Part shown: piece after piece, positions 49,014 to 58,330 of the stretch
Position numbering within the stretch: position 1 is the stretch's first letter
Layout of the letters: every line of letters starts with the position of its first letter
Origin: an uncultured Chloroflexia bacterium
GTDB lineage: Bacteria > Chloroflexota > Anaerolineae > Anaerolineales > RBG-16-64-43
Assembly: GCA_963724345.1 (NCBI GenBank)
Contig: CAVRUI010000002.1
Span: 257 to 64,256, forward strand
Direction of reading: 5' to 3'
DNA length: 64,000 bases
Notes under the pieces: generated by a model
What the model was told of the DNA's origin: nothing
The model's input: only the letters and a program-made list of their open reading frames with translations
Databases searched by the model: none
Position numbers and translations under genes: made by a program

Positions 49014-50178
49014 TCAGGGCAACCCGCGCCGGCCGAGATCTTCCAGCGCGCCGCGCACCAGAGCGATCAGCGCGCGCCAATCCGAGACCCGCGCCGTGGA
49101 AACCGGCCCGTGCAACGAACGGCAGGGGACGGAGACGGAGACGCTGGGGATGCCCGCCCGCGCCAGGTGGATCGCGCCGGCGTCGGTTCCCCCGCTGCCC
49201 GGCTGGCGGATCTGATACGGGATCCCGCGCTTCTCGGCCGCATCCCGGAGCAGGCGGACCAGGCGCGAGTCGGAGATCGTCCCGCGGTCGAAGACGTAGA
49301 TCGCGGGGCCGCCGCCGAGCTTGGTGTTGTAGGCGGTGTTCTCGCTTCCGTCCCACATCGGCAGATCGAGAGCCGGGGTGGCGTCGAGCACGATCGCCAG
49401 TTTCGGATCCAGGGCATGCGCCGCGACCCGCGCTCCGCGCAGGCCGATTTCCTCCTGGGTGGTGAAGGCCGCCGCAAGCTCCACGCCCGGCGGCGGGTCG
49501 ATGGCCAGTTCGATCAGCGCGGCGACGCCCAGGCGGTCGTCCAGCGCCTTGCCATGGATGACGCCCCGTTCCGCATGGAAGGCCGCGGCGAATGCCGCCC
49601 GGTCGCCGGGTTTGAGGGCGGCGGTGGCGCCCTCCTTATCCTTGGCGCCGGTGTCAATCGTCATGGAATCTTGTTTAATCGGGTGGTCGCGTTCTTCCTT
49701 TTCGGTCAGGTGGATCGGCTTGACGCCGATCACTCCGGGAATACTATCCTTGCCGATCCGGACCGGTTTGCCGGGAAGGGTTTGTTCGTTCACGCCGCCG
49801 ACGGTCTCGAATTTCCACAGCCCGTCGCTTCCGGCCTGCATCAGGACCAGCCCGACTTCATCCATATGGGCGGCGACCATCACCCGCATCCGGGTTTTGC
49901 CGCGGGTCCGGCAGGCGACCAGCAGGTTGCCCAGCGCGTCGACCTTGAAGGATTTCAATTTTTCCCTTGAGCGCTTCGAGGATGATCCCGCGCACGGCCG
50001 TTTCGTCGCCGGAGACTCCGCATGCTTCACTCAGCCGGCGCAGGAGGGGCAGCCCCCCGCCGAGCGGCGCGGGGAGGGCGGCGGCTTTCGTTTTTTTCCC
50101 GGGAACGGATCGCGCCCGCCCCGCGGATTTGGCGGCCGGTTTCTTTGAAGCGGATTTGCGGTGCTTGGTGGGTGTCAT
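49014..50178 (-). CDS. M42 family metallopeptidase, copy b, with lysine-rich N-terminal extension; frameshift near 49950-49963
   Basis: VMVAAHMDEVGLVLMQ, DDRLGVAALIE and FTTQEEIGLRGA. The true N-terminus is in ORF 49858-50178 (MTPTKHRKSASKKPAAKSAGRARSVPGKKTKAAA...LLRRLSEACGVSGDE). Confidence 0.8.
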
Positions 50179-50182
50179 CCGC

Positions 50183-51244
50183 CTACTCCCATTTCAAATC
50201 GGGCAGGAATTTATCGTCCAATGCGGCGGCCATTTCCGCCAGGAGCCTGCCGGTCTGGCGGATATCCGCGAGCGCAACGGTTTCAATCGCCGAGTGCATG
50301 TAGCGCAGCGGGATGCCGATCACCGCGGTGGGGATGCCTTCCGCCGTCACCTGCATCGCATACGCGTCGGTACCGGAATGCTGCGGCATCACCTCGAGCG
50401 CATACTTGATCCCGGCTTTGGCCGCGGCCTGTTCGAACGCCCGGCACAGCGCGGGATGGGCGTTCGGCCCGATCCCGATCGTCGGTCCCTCGCCGATCGG
50501 GAAGGTCTTGTATTCGGAAAGGCCCGGTCCGGACGCGAAGGTGACGTCCACGGCGACGGCCAGGTCCGGTTTGACGGCAAAAGCGGAGGTCGCGGCGCCG
50601 CCGAGTGTTTCTTCCTCCTGGACGGTGGCCGCCGCGATCACATCCCAGCGGTGCGGGCGGGAGGCCAGCTCATCCAGGCAGACGGTGAGCGCGGCCACCC
50701 CGGCCCGGTCGTCGAGGGACGGGCCGGTGAGGCGTCCATTGGCCAGTTCGACCGGCTCCTGCGCGAAGGAGACCGGGTTTCCGATGCGGATGAGCCGGGC
50801 GGCTTCCGCGGCGGGCAGGCCGGTATCCAGCCAAAGATCCTGCAGGCGGGCGGTGTCGGCCTTCCGGTCGGGCGGCAGAAGCGCATCCGGGGGGAGGACG
50901 GCGACGGCGGAGACCGGTTCGTGCCCGTGGATGGTGAACGGCTGGCCGGGAAGGATGCGCGGATCCAGGCCGCCGATCTCGGCCACCCGGCAGAATCCGT
51001 CGACCACCTGGGCGATCATCAGGCCGATCTTGTCCATGTGGGCGGTCAGGAGGATTTTGGGGCGGGGGGCGCGGCCGGTGCCGGGCTGAAGCGCGTGCAG
51101 GCTGCCGAGGCGCGAGACGCTTTGTTTGGGGGCGGACTTCCTCCAGGCGGCGGCGACCACGGCGCGGACGGGCGCCTCGAACGCCGAAAGGCCTTGCGCC
51201 CGGAGGAGGGTTTTCAGGTGCTCCGAAAGCGCTTTATCGTCCAT
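50183..51244 (-). CDS. M42 family metallopeptidase, copy c
   Basis: ILLTAHMDKIGLMIAQV, DDRAGVAALTV and ATVQEEETLGGA. Confidence 0.85.
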   Translation of the reverse strand: MDDKALSEHLKTLLRAQGLSAFEAPVRAVVAAAWRKSAPKQSVSRLGSLHALQPGTGRAPRPKILLTAHMDKIGLMIAQVVDGFCRVAEIGGLDPRILPGQPFTIHGHEPVSAVAVLPPDALLPPDRKADTARLQDLWLDTGLPAAEAARLIRIGNPVSFAQEPVELANGRLTGPSLDDRAGVAALTVCLDELASRPHRWDVIAAATVQEEETLGGAATSAFAVKPDLAVAVDVTFASGPGLSEYKTFPIGEGPTIGIGPNAHPALCRAFEQAAAKAGIKYALEVMPQHSGTDAYAMQVTAEGIPTAVIGIPLRYMHSAIETVALADIRQTGRLLAEMAAALDDKFLPDLKWE

Positions 51245-51290
51245 AGTTTTCGATCATAGCAGACCGCCGGGGGAAAGGCAACTTATCCGG

Positions 51291-51400
51291 AATCCACGAA
51301 GACACACGAAGAAGATCGGAAGGACACGAAGAAATCTTTTTGAAAAAGACAACAAACTTCGTGTCCTTCGGGTTTTTCTTCGTGTGTCTTCGTGGATTCC
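51291..51400. repeat. word-hairpin repeat, family B
   Basis: aatccacgaagacacacgaagaagatcggaaggacacgaagaaatc is opposed by cttcgtgtccttcgggtttttcttcgtgtgtcttcgtggattcc. Confidence 0.85.
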
Positions 51401-51448
51401 GAGAAAGCCTATGCTATACTTTCGTCCCATTAAGTCGGAGAACGTGCA

Positions 51449-52569
51449 ATGGCCAAGTATCGGATTGCCTGGATGCCCGGAGACGGGATCGGGCAGGATG
51501 TGATGGAAGCGGCGCGGATCGTGCTGGACCAGGTCCGATCTGGATGCGGAGTATCCGCCGGCCGACATCGGCTGGGAATTCTGGCGGCGGGAGGGCGACG
51601 CGCTTCCGCAGCGCACGATCGACCTCTTGAAGACGTGCCACCTGCGCGCTGTTCGGCGCGATCACCTCCAAGCCCAAGGAGGAGGCGGCCGCCGAGCTGA
51701 ATCCCGAGCTGCGCGGCAAGGGGCTCACCTACCGCAGCCCGATCGTCCGCCTGCGCCAGCAGTTCGACCTGTACATGAACCTGCGCCCGTGCAAGGCGTA
51801 CCCCGGCAATCCGCTCAACTACCGCGAGGGGATCGACCTGGTGGTGTTCCGCGAGAACACCGAGGACCTGTACGCCGGGGTGGAATTCCACCCGCTGCCG
51901 CCGGACGTGCGCGCCGCGCTCGAAGCGCGCAGCCCGGCGATGGCCGCCTTCCGCTCGAGCGCCTCGGAGGATATCGCGCTCTCGTGCCGGATCCTTACGC
52001 GGCGCGGCTGCCAGCGGATCGTGCGCGCCGCGTTCGAGTACGCGCAAAAGCGCGGCTACCCGACCGTGACGCTGGTGGAAAAACCGAACGTGGTGCGCGA
52101 AACCTCCGGCCTGATCACGCGCGAGGCGCGCAAGATCGCCGCCGAGTACCCGGCCATCCCGCTGTGGGAAGCCAACGTCGACGCGATGACGATGTGGCTG
52201 ATCAAGAATCCGCAGGAGTACGGCGTGCTGGTGACGACCAACATGTTCGGCGACATCCTCTCCGACCTTGCGGCGCAGCTGGTGGGCGGGCTGGGGTTCG
52301 CCTCGAGCGGCAACATCGGCGACGGGTTCGCCGTCTTCGAGCCGACCCACGGCTCGGCGCCCAAATACGCCGGGCAGTACAAGGTCAACCCGATCGCCAC
52401 CTTCCTGGCGGCGAAGCTGATGCTGGAATGGCTGGGCGAAACGGAAAAGGCCGCGGAGCTCGAGAGTGCGGTGGCCGGCGTGATCAAGGCCGGGCGGGTG
52501 CGCACCTACGACATGGGCGGGGTCAGCAGCACGATCGATGTGGCGAAGGCGGTGGTGGAGAGGCTGTAA
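51449..52569 (+). CDS. isocitrate/isopropylmalate dehydrogenase family protein, two frameshifts (near 51530-51540 and 51640-51648)
   Basis: KYRIAWMPGDGIGQDVMEAA; (frame 2) LDAEYPPADIGWEFW; (frame 3) LFGAITSKP, LYMNLRPCK, FRENTEDLYAG and NMFGDILSD. Confidence 0.8.
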
Positions 52570-52570
52570 A

Positions 52571-52612
52571 ATCCACGAAGGACACGAAGAAAGATCAGAA
52601 GAACACGAAGAA
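52571..52612. repeat. family B word arm (single)
   Basis: atccacgaaggacacgaagaaagatcagaagaacacgaagaa lies immediately after the stop codon. Confidence 0.7.
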
Positions 52613-52763
52613 TTAATGTTTAAGAGCAAAACCTCTAGCGGCCGGTTAATGGATTGGATGGAGCTCACTTTATGGGCATCAGTCCGAGCGGCGCAACCGC
52701 GAGGAATCAGGACAATTCACGCACTAGGCTGCTTTCCCCGTACCGGTCTTCCTCGCCAAAAAT

Positions 52764-53374
52764 TTATAAACCCATAACTTCCGTCGGGGGAAATATAGTT
52801 AGGTCATACGACCCATTCCCAACCTGTCCATCTCCGTTCCACCCCCAGCATTTCATTTTATTGCTGTCTAATAAATAACAAATCGTATACGTCTGCATGT
52901 CGATTTTGACGATATTATCCGTTTCTCTGCCAATGAATACCGGAACGTTGCTGTTTTTCTTGTCCCCTCCCCCAATTGGCCGAAAAAATTATCCCCCCAA
53001 CAGTAAACGGAATTATGGTTTGTGACCACACAGGCATTATCATACCCCACGGTTAATGATTTTACGGCTCCGTCTACTCCGGTGACGTCCACCGCGCCCG
53101 CGCCGTCGGTATGAGGAATTCCTTGACTGTTCATGCCCTCCCCGACACGTTCTGATTTTCGCGGGATTCTAATCGACCTGCGTCCAACTACATCAATCTC
53201 CTCTAGTCGACTTCCACTACCTCGCGATCGGCCGTACGGTGGATATGGCTGACATCGCATGAACGGGAACGCCATCGGGATCTTCGGAGAATCTTTACCG
53301 CGAGGCGGATCATTCAGTTCGCGGATTACCGGACAGGCGATCGGTATGTCTAAGGCATCGTTCCCCGAGAACAA
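52764..53374 (-). pseudogene. RCC1-repeat protein remnant (about 2.5 blades, frameshifted, no intact N-terminus)
   Basis: VVTNHNSVYCWGDNFFGQLGEG continues, after a shift in a G run, as DKKNSNVPVFIGRETDNIVKIDMQTYTICYLLDSNKMKCWGWNGDGQVGNGS...EVMGL, with the stop at 52764-52766. A 100-nt sample has about 37% GC. Confidence 0.55.
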
Positions 53375-53465
53375 TAAGAGCGATCACGCGATCTAGCGGT
53401 CAGGCCGTCCGTTCGATTCAATCATCGCAATATCATCCGTTCTCCCCCATTCCGAACCCTTCGCA

Positions 53466-54071
53466 TCAGTGGATTACCGCTCGCCCAACCTCGTCCAACT
53501 CCACCGGGAAACCAATTCGTGAACGGAAATCTTGTTCAGTTCGGATTTTGAATTCCACCGAACGGCTGATCGTCCATCCCCGCGGGCTCCCCGGTCCAAC
53601 CCTTATCTTCGCGAACCCATAGCTTATGGGAAATTCCGGTGCGCTTGTCGCGCTCGAGGCTCGGGGTCGGATGACATTACGGCTCAGGCGTGCCGGGGTG
53701 TCGGTCGGGACATCCGTCGGCGTTGCGGTCGGCGGGGGAGTATCGGTCGGAGGTGGCGCGCGGGTGTGCGTGGGCCGGGGCGTCTCGGACGGGATCGGCG
53801 TGAGGGTCGGCGTGGGCGGAGTGAACGCGGTATGGGTCGGCGTGAAGGTGAGCTGAGGCCCGAGCGGGGGCGTGGGGGTGGCGGGCAGCGGGAATTGCCG
53901 CGTGGGAATGACGGGCGCCGTGTAGCTCGGAGTGACGTTCTGGGTGGGCGTGGGATGGAGGATGATCAGGAAGACGGCCGAGCAGTAAAAGGGGATCGTC
54001 GCCGCAATGATCCCGCCCAGAATGGCGTACAGCAGCGTGCGGGAACGCGGGGCCGGCGCTCTTTCGGTCAT
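53466..54071 (-). CDS. membrane-anchored P/T-rich protein, unknown function
   Basis: N-terminal TM (LLYAILGGIIAATIPFYCSAVFLIIL) followed by a long TPxP linker. The C-terminal 60 aa have no recognisable motif. Confidence 0.45.
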   Translation of the reverse strand: MTERAPAPRSRTLLYAILGGIIAATIPFYCSAVFLIILHPTPTQNVTPSYTAPVIPTRQFPLPATPTPPLGPQLTFTPTHTAFTPPTPTLTPIPSETPRPTHTRAPPPTDTPPPTATPTDVPTDTPARLSRNVIRPRASSATSAPEFPISYGFAKIRVGPGSPRGWTISRSVEFKIRTEQDFRSRIGFPVELDEVGRAVIH

Positions 54072-54124
54072 CCACGGAATTATACCCGCCCCACGGGAAG
54101 CGCGGATGCGGACTAAAGGGTTGG

Positions 54125-54153
54125 TGACCCGGCCCGACCAGTTGTGCTACAAT
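54125..54153 (+). promoter_or_regulatory. extended -10 promoter giving a probable leaderless mRNA
   Basis: TGACCC (54125-54130), 17-nt spacer, then TGTGCTACAAT with TACAAT at 54148-54153. The ATG at 54160 is 6 nt downstream and no Shine-Dalgarno sequence is possible. Confidence 0.4.
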
Positions 54154-54159
54154 ATTTTT

Positions 54160-55179
54160 ATGGGCCGCAAACGCGTGATGATCGTCGAAGATCAGCGGGA
54201 AATCGCGCGGATGATCCATAGCGCGATCCAGCTGATGGATCCGTCGCTGGACGTGATCGACACCCTCTCGGCGGAGGAGGCCTCGCTGGAGCTGGCCGAA
54301 CACGGAGCGGACCTGATCGTGATCGACGTCCGTCTGCCGGGCATCAGCGGGTTGGAGCTGGTCGAGCGCTGGCAGATCCAGAAAGTCAACATCCCCGTCA
54401 TCGTCACAACCGGTTTTTCCGAACCCGCGATCCGCGCGCTGGCCGAGCGGCTTGGCGTGCGCGCCTTCTTCAATAAGCCCCTCCCGATGGAAGAGTTCCT
54501 GTTCGCCGTGCGCTCGATCCTCGCCGGCGAGAATTTCCAGCCCAGCGAAGACCGCGCCGCAAAAGTGCTGACCGACCTGCGCCAGAAGCTGGACGCGGAC
54601 GCCGCCTGGCTGTGCCAGGAAGGCGGGCAGGCGACCCACCGCGCCGGCGACGTGCTCGAGGTGATGGAAGAGGACATGGAAGCGGTCCAGCATTCCATTG
54701 CCGCGGTCCTGCACCGGACCGTGCCGTTCCTGGGCAAGATCCAGGAGGATCCGCCCTCGATCTTTCACGTATCGGGCGAGAAGCGGCAGATGATCGTCGC
54801 GCCGATGCCGAGCGGGCCGAGCCTGGTGGTCTTCCTTTCCAAGGCGACCCCCGCCCAAGCCCTGTTCGACGAATTAACCGACGCCGTCCGCCGGCTCGAG
54901 AAAATATTCCACACCGACCGACTGATGCAGGAAGCCTCTTCCGGAGTGGTGCCTATGCCTGATTGGGTTCAGCAGACCGTGGGCGGAGAGATTCACGAGC
55001 CGGAATGGAACCTCGGCGAACAGCTCGTGGAATCGCAGGATGCGAAGACCTTCTGGGACGACGCGGTCCTGGAGGCGGGCGGTTTCCTTTCGCCCGGCAA
55101 ACTCACCTTCGACGAAGCCGAAAAACTCGGCCTGGCCCCCGAAGACGGCGCGCCCGCGCCCTACCGCGTTTTCGATTAG
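54160..55179 (+). CDS. response regulator receiver fused to a C-terminal domain of unknown function
   Basis: VMIVEDQREIA, LIVIDVRLPGISG, VIVTTG and FFNKPL. About 220 further residues have no motif I can name; a roadblock/LC7-like fold is only a guess. Confidence 0.8.
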   Translation: MGRKRVMIVEDQREIARMIHSAIQLMDPSLDVIDTLSAEEASLELAEHGADLIVIDVRLPGISGLELVERWQIQKVNIPVIVTTGFSEPAIRALAERLGVRAFFNKPLPMEEFLFAVRSILAGENFQPSEDRAAKVLTDLRQKLDADAAWLCQEGGQATHRAGDVLEVMEEDMEAVQHSIAAVLHRTVPFLGKIQEDPPSIFHVSGEKRQMIVAPMPSGPSLVVFLSKATPAQALFDELTDAVRRLEKIFHTDRLMQEASSGVVPMPDWVQQTVGGEIHEPEWNLGEQLVESQDAKTFWDDAVLEAGGFLSPGKLTFDEAEKLGLAPEDGAPAPYRVFD

Positions 55180-55205
55180 ATCGCCTCATCCCCGCCGCAA
55201 GGTCC

Positions 55206-55216
55206 TGTGCTACAAT
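55206..55216 (+). promoter_or_regulatory. extended -10 element upstream of tRNA-Gln
   Basis: TGTGCTACAAT is identical to the 11-mer at 54143-54153. It ends 19 nt before the tRNA 5' end. Confidence 0.4.
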
Positions 55217-55235
55217 TCCCGCGCGCAACATACAG

Positions 55236-55306
55236 TGGGGCGTGGTGCAACGGCAGCACACCGGACTTTGAATCCGTGGATCTAGGTTCGAAACCTGGCG
55301 CCCCAG
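55236..55306 (+). tRNA. tRNA-Gln (anticodon TTG)
   Basis: Manual fold: acceptor TGGGGCG/CGCCCCA (U1-A72 as in bacterial tRNA-Gln), D arm GTGC-AACGGCA-GCAC, anticodon loop CTTTGAA, T arm CTAGG-TTCGAAA-CCTGG, discriminator G. Confidence 0.9.
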
Positions 55307-55314
55307 CCTCTATG

Positions 55315-55382
55315 GAAACGAAGACTCGAAGACTTCGAAGAGGTTTGCGAATCTCTGGGTCGGGAAGTCTTCGTTTCTTTTT
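55315..55382 (+). terminator. intrinsic terminator after tRNA-Gln (built from CGAAGAC words)
   Basis: gaaacgaagact (55315-55326) pairs with agtcttcgtttc (55366-55377), followed by T5. Confidence 0.6.
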
Positions 55383-55434
55383 CGCCAAAAGTGCCCGAAC
55401 GACAACCGGCCGATCCGGCGCAAAGGAAAATCGC

Positions 55435-56838
55435 ATGACACTTCGCACAGTCATTCTCGCCGCCGGGCTGGGGACCCGGATGAAATCCCCGCTCCCCAAG
55501 ATGATGCACCCGCTGTGCGGCCGGCCGATGGTGCTCCTGGCGCTCGACATCGCCAAATCCGCGAGCGCCGAACGGCCGGTCCTGGTGGTCGGCCACGGGG
55601 CGGAAGCGGTGCGGGCCGCGGCCGGGGAGCAGGCCGAGTTTGTCGTGCAGCCGGAACTGCTGGGGACGGCGGATGCCGTCCGCCGGACGGAGCGCGTGCT
55701 GCGCGGAAAAGCGGAATACGTCATCGTGTTCTACGGCGATATGCCGCTCTGGCGGCCGGAAACGCTGAAGAAGCTTGCCGAGGCGGGAAAAAACATGGCC
55801 GGACCGCTGGCGATGCTGACCGGCATCGGAAAAGACGCGCGCTTCTTCGGGCGGGTGATCCGCGACAATGCCGGGAACGTTTCGGAAATCGTCGAGGATG
55901 CCCACCTCACGGCGGAACAGAAAGCGGTCAAGGAGATCAACCTGGGAGCGTATTGCTTCCGCGCCGGATGGCTGTGGGAAAAACTGGCGCAGGTGCGCCC
56001 CTCCCCGAAGGGCGAATACTACCTGACCGATCTGGCGGCGATCGCGGCGCGCGAGGGCGGCGTGACGGCGATCCACGTCGCGGACGAGGAGGAATGGATC
56101 GGGATCAACACCCGCGCGCACCTGGCGGAGGCGGAAGCCATCCTCCGAAAACGCATTAACCGGCGCTGGATGGACGCGGGGGTGGGGATGCAGGATCCGG
56201 CGACAACATATATTTCGCTGGACGCCGTGATCGGCGAAGACACGATGATCCTCCCCAACACGCACCTCGAGGGGAAAACGGCCGTCGGCCGCGGTTGCGC
56301 GATCGGACCGAACACCATCCTGCGCCGCAGCACGATCGGCGACCGCTGCAAGGTGGAGTGCTCGGTGGTGGAAGATGCGACCCTCGAAGACGATGTTTCC
56401 ATCGGGCCGTTCGGGCACCTGCGGACGGGGACGTACCTCGAACACGGCGTGCACATGGGCAACTTCGGCGAGGCGAAGAACTCGCGGCTGGGCGCGGGCG
56501 CCAAGATGGGCCACTTTTCCTACCTCGGGGATGCGACCGTCGGGGCGGGGGCCAACATCGGGGCCGGGACGATCACCTGCAATTACGACGGCCAGCAGAA
56601 ACACAAGACCGAGATTGGCGAGGGCGCGTTCATCGGGTCCGATACGATGCTGGTGGCGCCGGTGAAAATCGGGAAGGGCGCCAGGACCGGCGCCGGGTCG
56701 GTGGTCACGCACGACGTGCCGGATGAAACCGTGGTCGTGGGCGTGCCGGCCAAGACGTTCAGGAAAAAAACAACCGTCGCCGAAAAGATGCCGAAGAAAT
56801 CCGCCGAGAAATCCACCAAACGGAAAAGCCGCAAATAA
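55435..56838 (+). CDS. glmU: bifunctional UDP-N-acetylglucosamine pyrophosphorylase / glucosamine-1-phosphate N-acetyltransferase
   Basis: VILAAGLGTRMKSPLPKMMH, left-handed beta-helix hexapeptide repeats, NYDGQQKHKTEIG and a lysine-rich tail. Confidence 0.92.
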   Translation: MTLRTVILAAGLGTRMKSPLPKMMHPLCGRPMVLLALDIAKSASAERPVLVVGHGAEAVRAAAGEQAEFVVQPELLGTADAVRRTERVLRGKAEYVIVFYGDMPLWRPETLKKLAEAGKNMAGPLAMLTGIGKDARFFGRVIRDNAGNVSEIVEDAHLTAEQKAVKEINLGAYCFRAGWLWEKLAQVRPSPKGEYYLTDLAAIAAREGGVTAIHVADEEEWIGINTRAHLAEAEAILRKRINRRWMDAGVGMQDPATTYISLDAVIGEDTMILPNTHLEGKTAVGRGCAIGPNTILRRSTIGDRCKVECSVVEDATLEDDVSIGPFGHLRTGTYLEHGVHMGNFGEAKNSRLGAGAKMGHFSYLGDATVGAGANIGAGTITCNYDGQQKHKTEIGEGAFIGSDTMLVAPVKIGKGARTGAGSVVTHDVPDETVVVGVPAKTFRKKTTVAEKMPKKSAEKSTKRKSRK

Positions 56839-56935
56839 CCCCTCCCCCCTGAGAGGTAATTTCCTTCCGATGGTTCTAATCCCCCCATCCCGAAGGGTTG
56901 GGGGGAAGTGAATTTGGGGGGAGGGAAGGTTTGGA

Positions 56936-57343
56936 ATGCCAGAAATTCGATTGACTCCCGAGCAACAAAAACACTTGATCGCCGAGGCGCTCACGGCGCG
57001 AAAGCACGCCTACGCGCCGTATTCCAAATATCCGGTGGGCGCGGCGATCCAGACCAAGGCTGGAAAAATATATCCCGGCGCGAATGTGGAAAACGCCTCC
57101 TACCCGGTCGGGCTGTGCGCCGAGCGGGTGGCGCTCTTTTCGGCCGCGGCGGCGGGCGAACGCGGGTTCCGCGCGATCGCGGTCGTCACCCGGGACGGGG
57201 CGGCGCCGTGCGGCGCGTGCCGCCAGGCGCTTGCGGAATTCGGGCTCGGGCTGGAAGTGATCCTGGCCGATGAGAAGGGGGAGATCCGCGAGGCGACCAC
57301 GCTGGATAGGCTGCTGCCGTGGCGTTCGGGGGGAAGGAAATAA
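56936..57343 (+). CDS. cdd: cytidine deaminase
   Basis: YAPYSKYPVGAA, CAERVA and PCGACRQ zinc ligand motifs. Confidence 0.9.
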   Translation: MPEIRLTPEQQKHLIAEALTARKHAYAPYSKYPVGAAIQTKAGKIYPGANVENASYPVGLCAERVALFSAAAAGERGFRAIAVVTRDGAAPCGACRQALAEFGLGLEVILADEKGEIREATTLDRLLPWRSGGRK

Positions 57344-57344
57344 T

Positions 57345-57412
57345 TTCTCACCGCAGAGACGCAGAGAGCGCGGAGAATTTCTCACCGCAGGGGACGCGAA
57401 GACGCGAAGAAA
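57345..57412. repeat. family C word arms (direct, two units)
   Basis: ttctcaccgcagagacgcagagagcgcggag and ttctcaccgcaggggacgcgaagacgcgaag. Confidence 0.75.
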
Positions 57413-58330
57413 ATCATTGATTATGTAATAGCGGAAGATCCTGAGCCGGAAAGACAACGACCTGAAATAATTCCATAGTGAGCCTGTCCCGAGCCGTATA
57501 AACATCGCCGTCGAGTCGCCCGTCGGGCTAAAGCCCTGCCTTATATCATGCAAGCCCAGGCGGGCTCCCGTATTGTGTGCGTGGGGTTTCAAGCCCGGCG
57601 CGATCCCCTCGGTAACATCATGCCTGCGCCTGCCCTCGCGAAGCATTCCGGCTCGCCTCTGGTTTATGAGCCGGAATGAATGCACAGCGAGGGTGCTCGT
57701 AGCAGGCATCCACGAGAATCAGAAAAAAATTTTATAGAGATCGATATGGATCCCGGCCTAAACCACGCCGGGATGACGATCATTCGTCATGCCCGAGCCT
57801 GCCCTCGCGGAGCATCCCGGCTCGCTTCTGTTTCATGAGCCGGGATGAATACGAAGCGAGGGTGTACTTATCGGGCATCCAGTAGCATCACGAAGTGTTT
57901 CCTCTAGAGACATTTCTGGATCCCCGATAAGAGCACTCGGGGATGACGAGTAAACCCGTTTGAAATAATGGATTCCGGCTAGGACCAGAGGGCAGGCGCG
58001 GGAATGACGACCGCTCGGGCAGATCGTCATGCCTGAGTGATCATAGCAGGCATCCAGTAGCGGACTTATGTAGAGAAGTATGCGTGAAGGACGCTATGGA
58101 TCCCGGCTAAACCACGCCGGCTGCACGAGGGCAGGCGCGGGAATGACGACCGTCGGGCTGAAGCCCTGCCTTATGTCATGGAAGCCCGAGCGGGCTTATG
58201 TGAGAAGTATGCGTGAAGGACGCTATGGATTCCCGCTTAAACCACCCCGCTGCGCGGGGCAGGCGCGGGAATGACGAGCAAACCGCTTATGAACCACGCC
58301 GGGATGACGGACCGCGCCGATCATTAAACG
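57413..58330. repeat. 0.9-kb noncoding array of nested REP-like palindromes (BIME-like)
   Basis: Two copies of a roughly 95-nt nested palindrome (57617-57711 and 57785-57880). Two copies of gtatgcgtgaaggacgctatggat (58078 and 58207). Three copies of ggcaggcgcgggaatgacg (57990, 58129, 58259). Two copies of cgtcgggct[ag]aagccctgccttat (57520 and 58150). No ORF with protein-like sequence. Confidence 0.85.

Noticed and set aside
53375-53465. Attempt to join the P/T-rich protein and the RCC1 remnant into one continuous reading frame.
   Set aside because: I could not find a frame across 53375-53640 that shows RCC1-like or other motifs. They are kept as two separate features and the link is only raised as a hypothesis.
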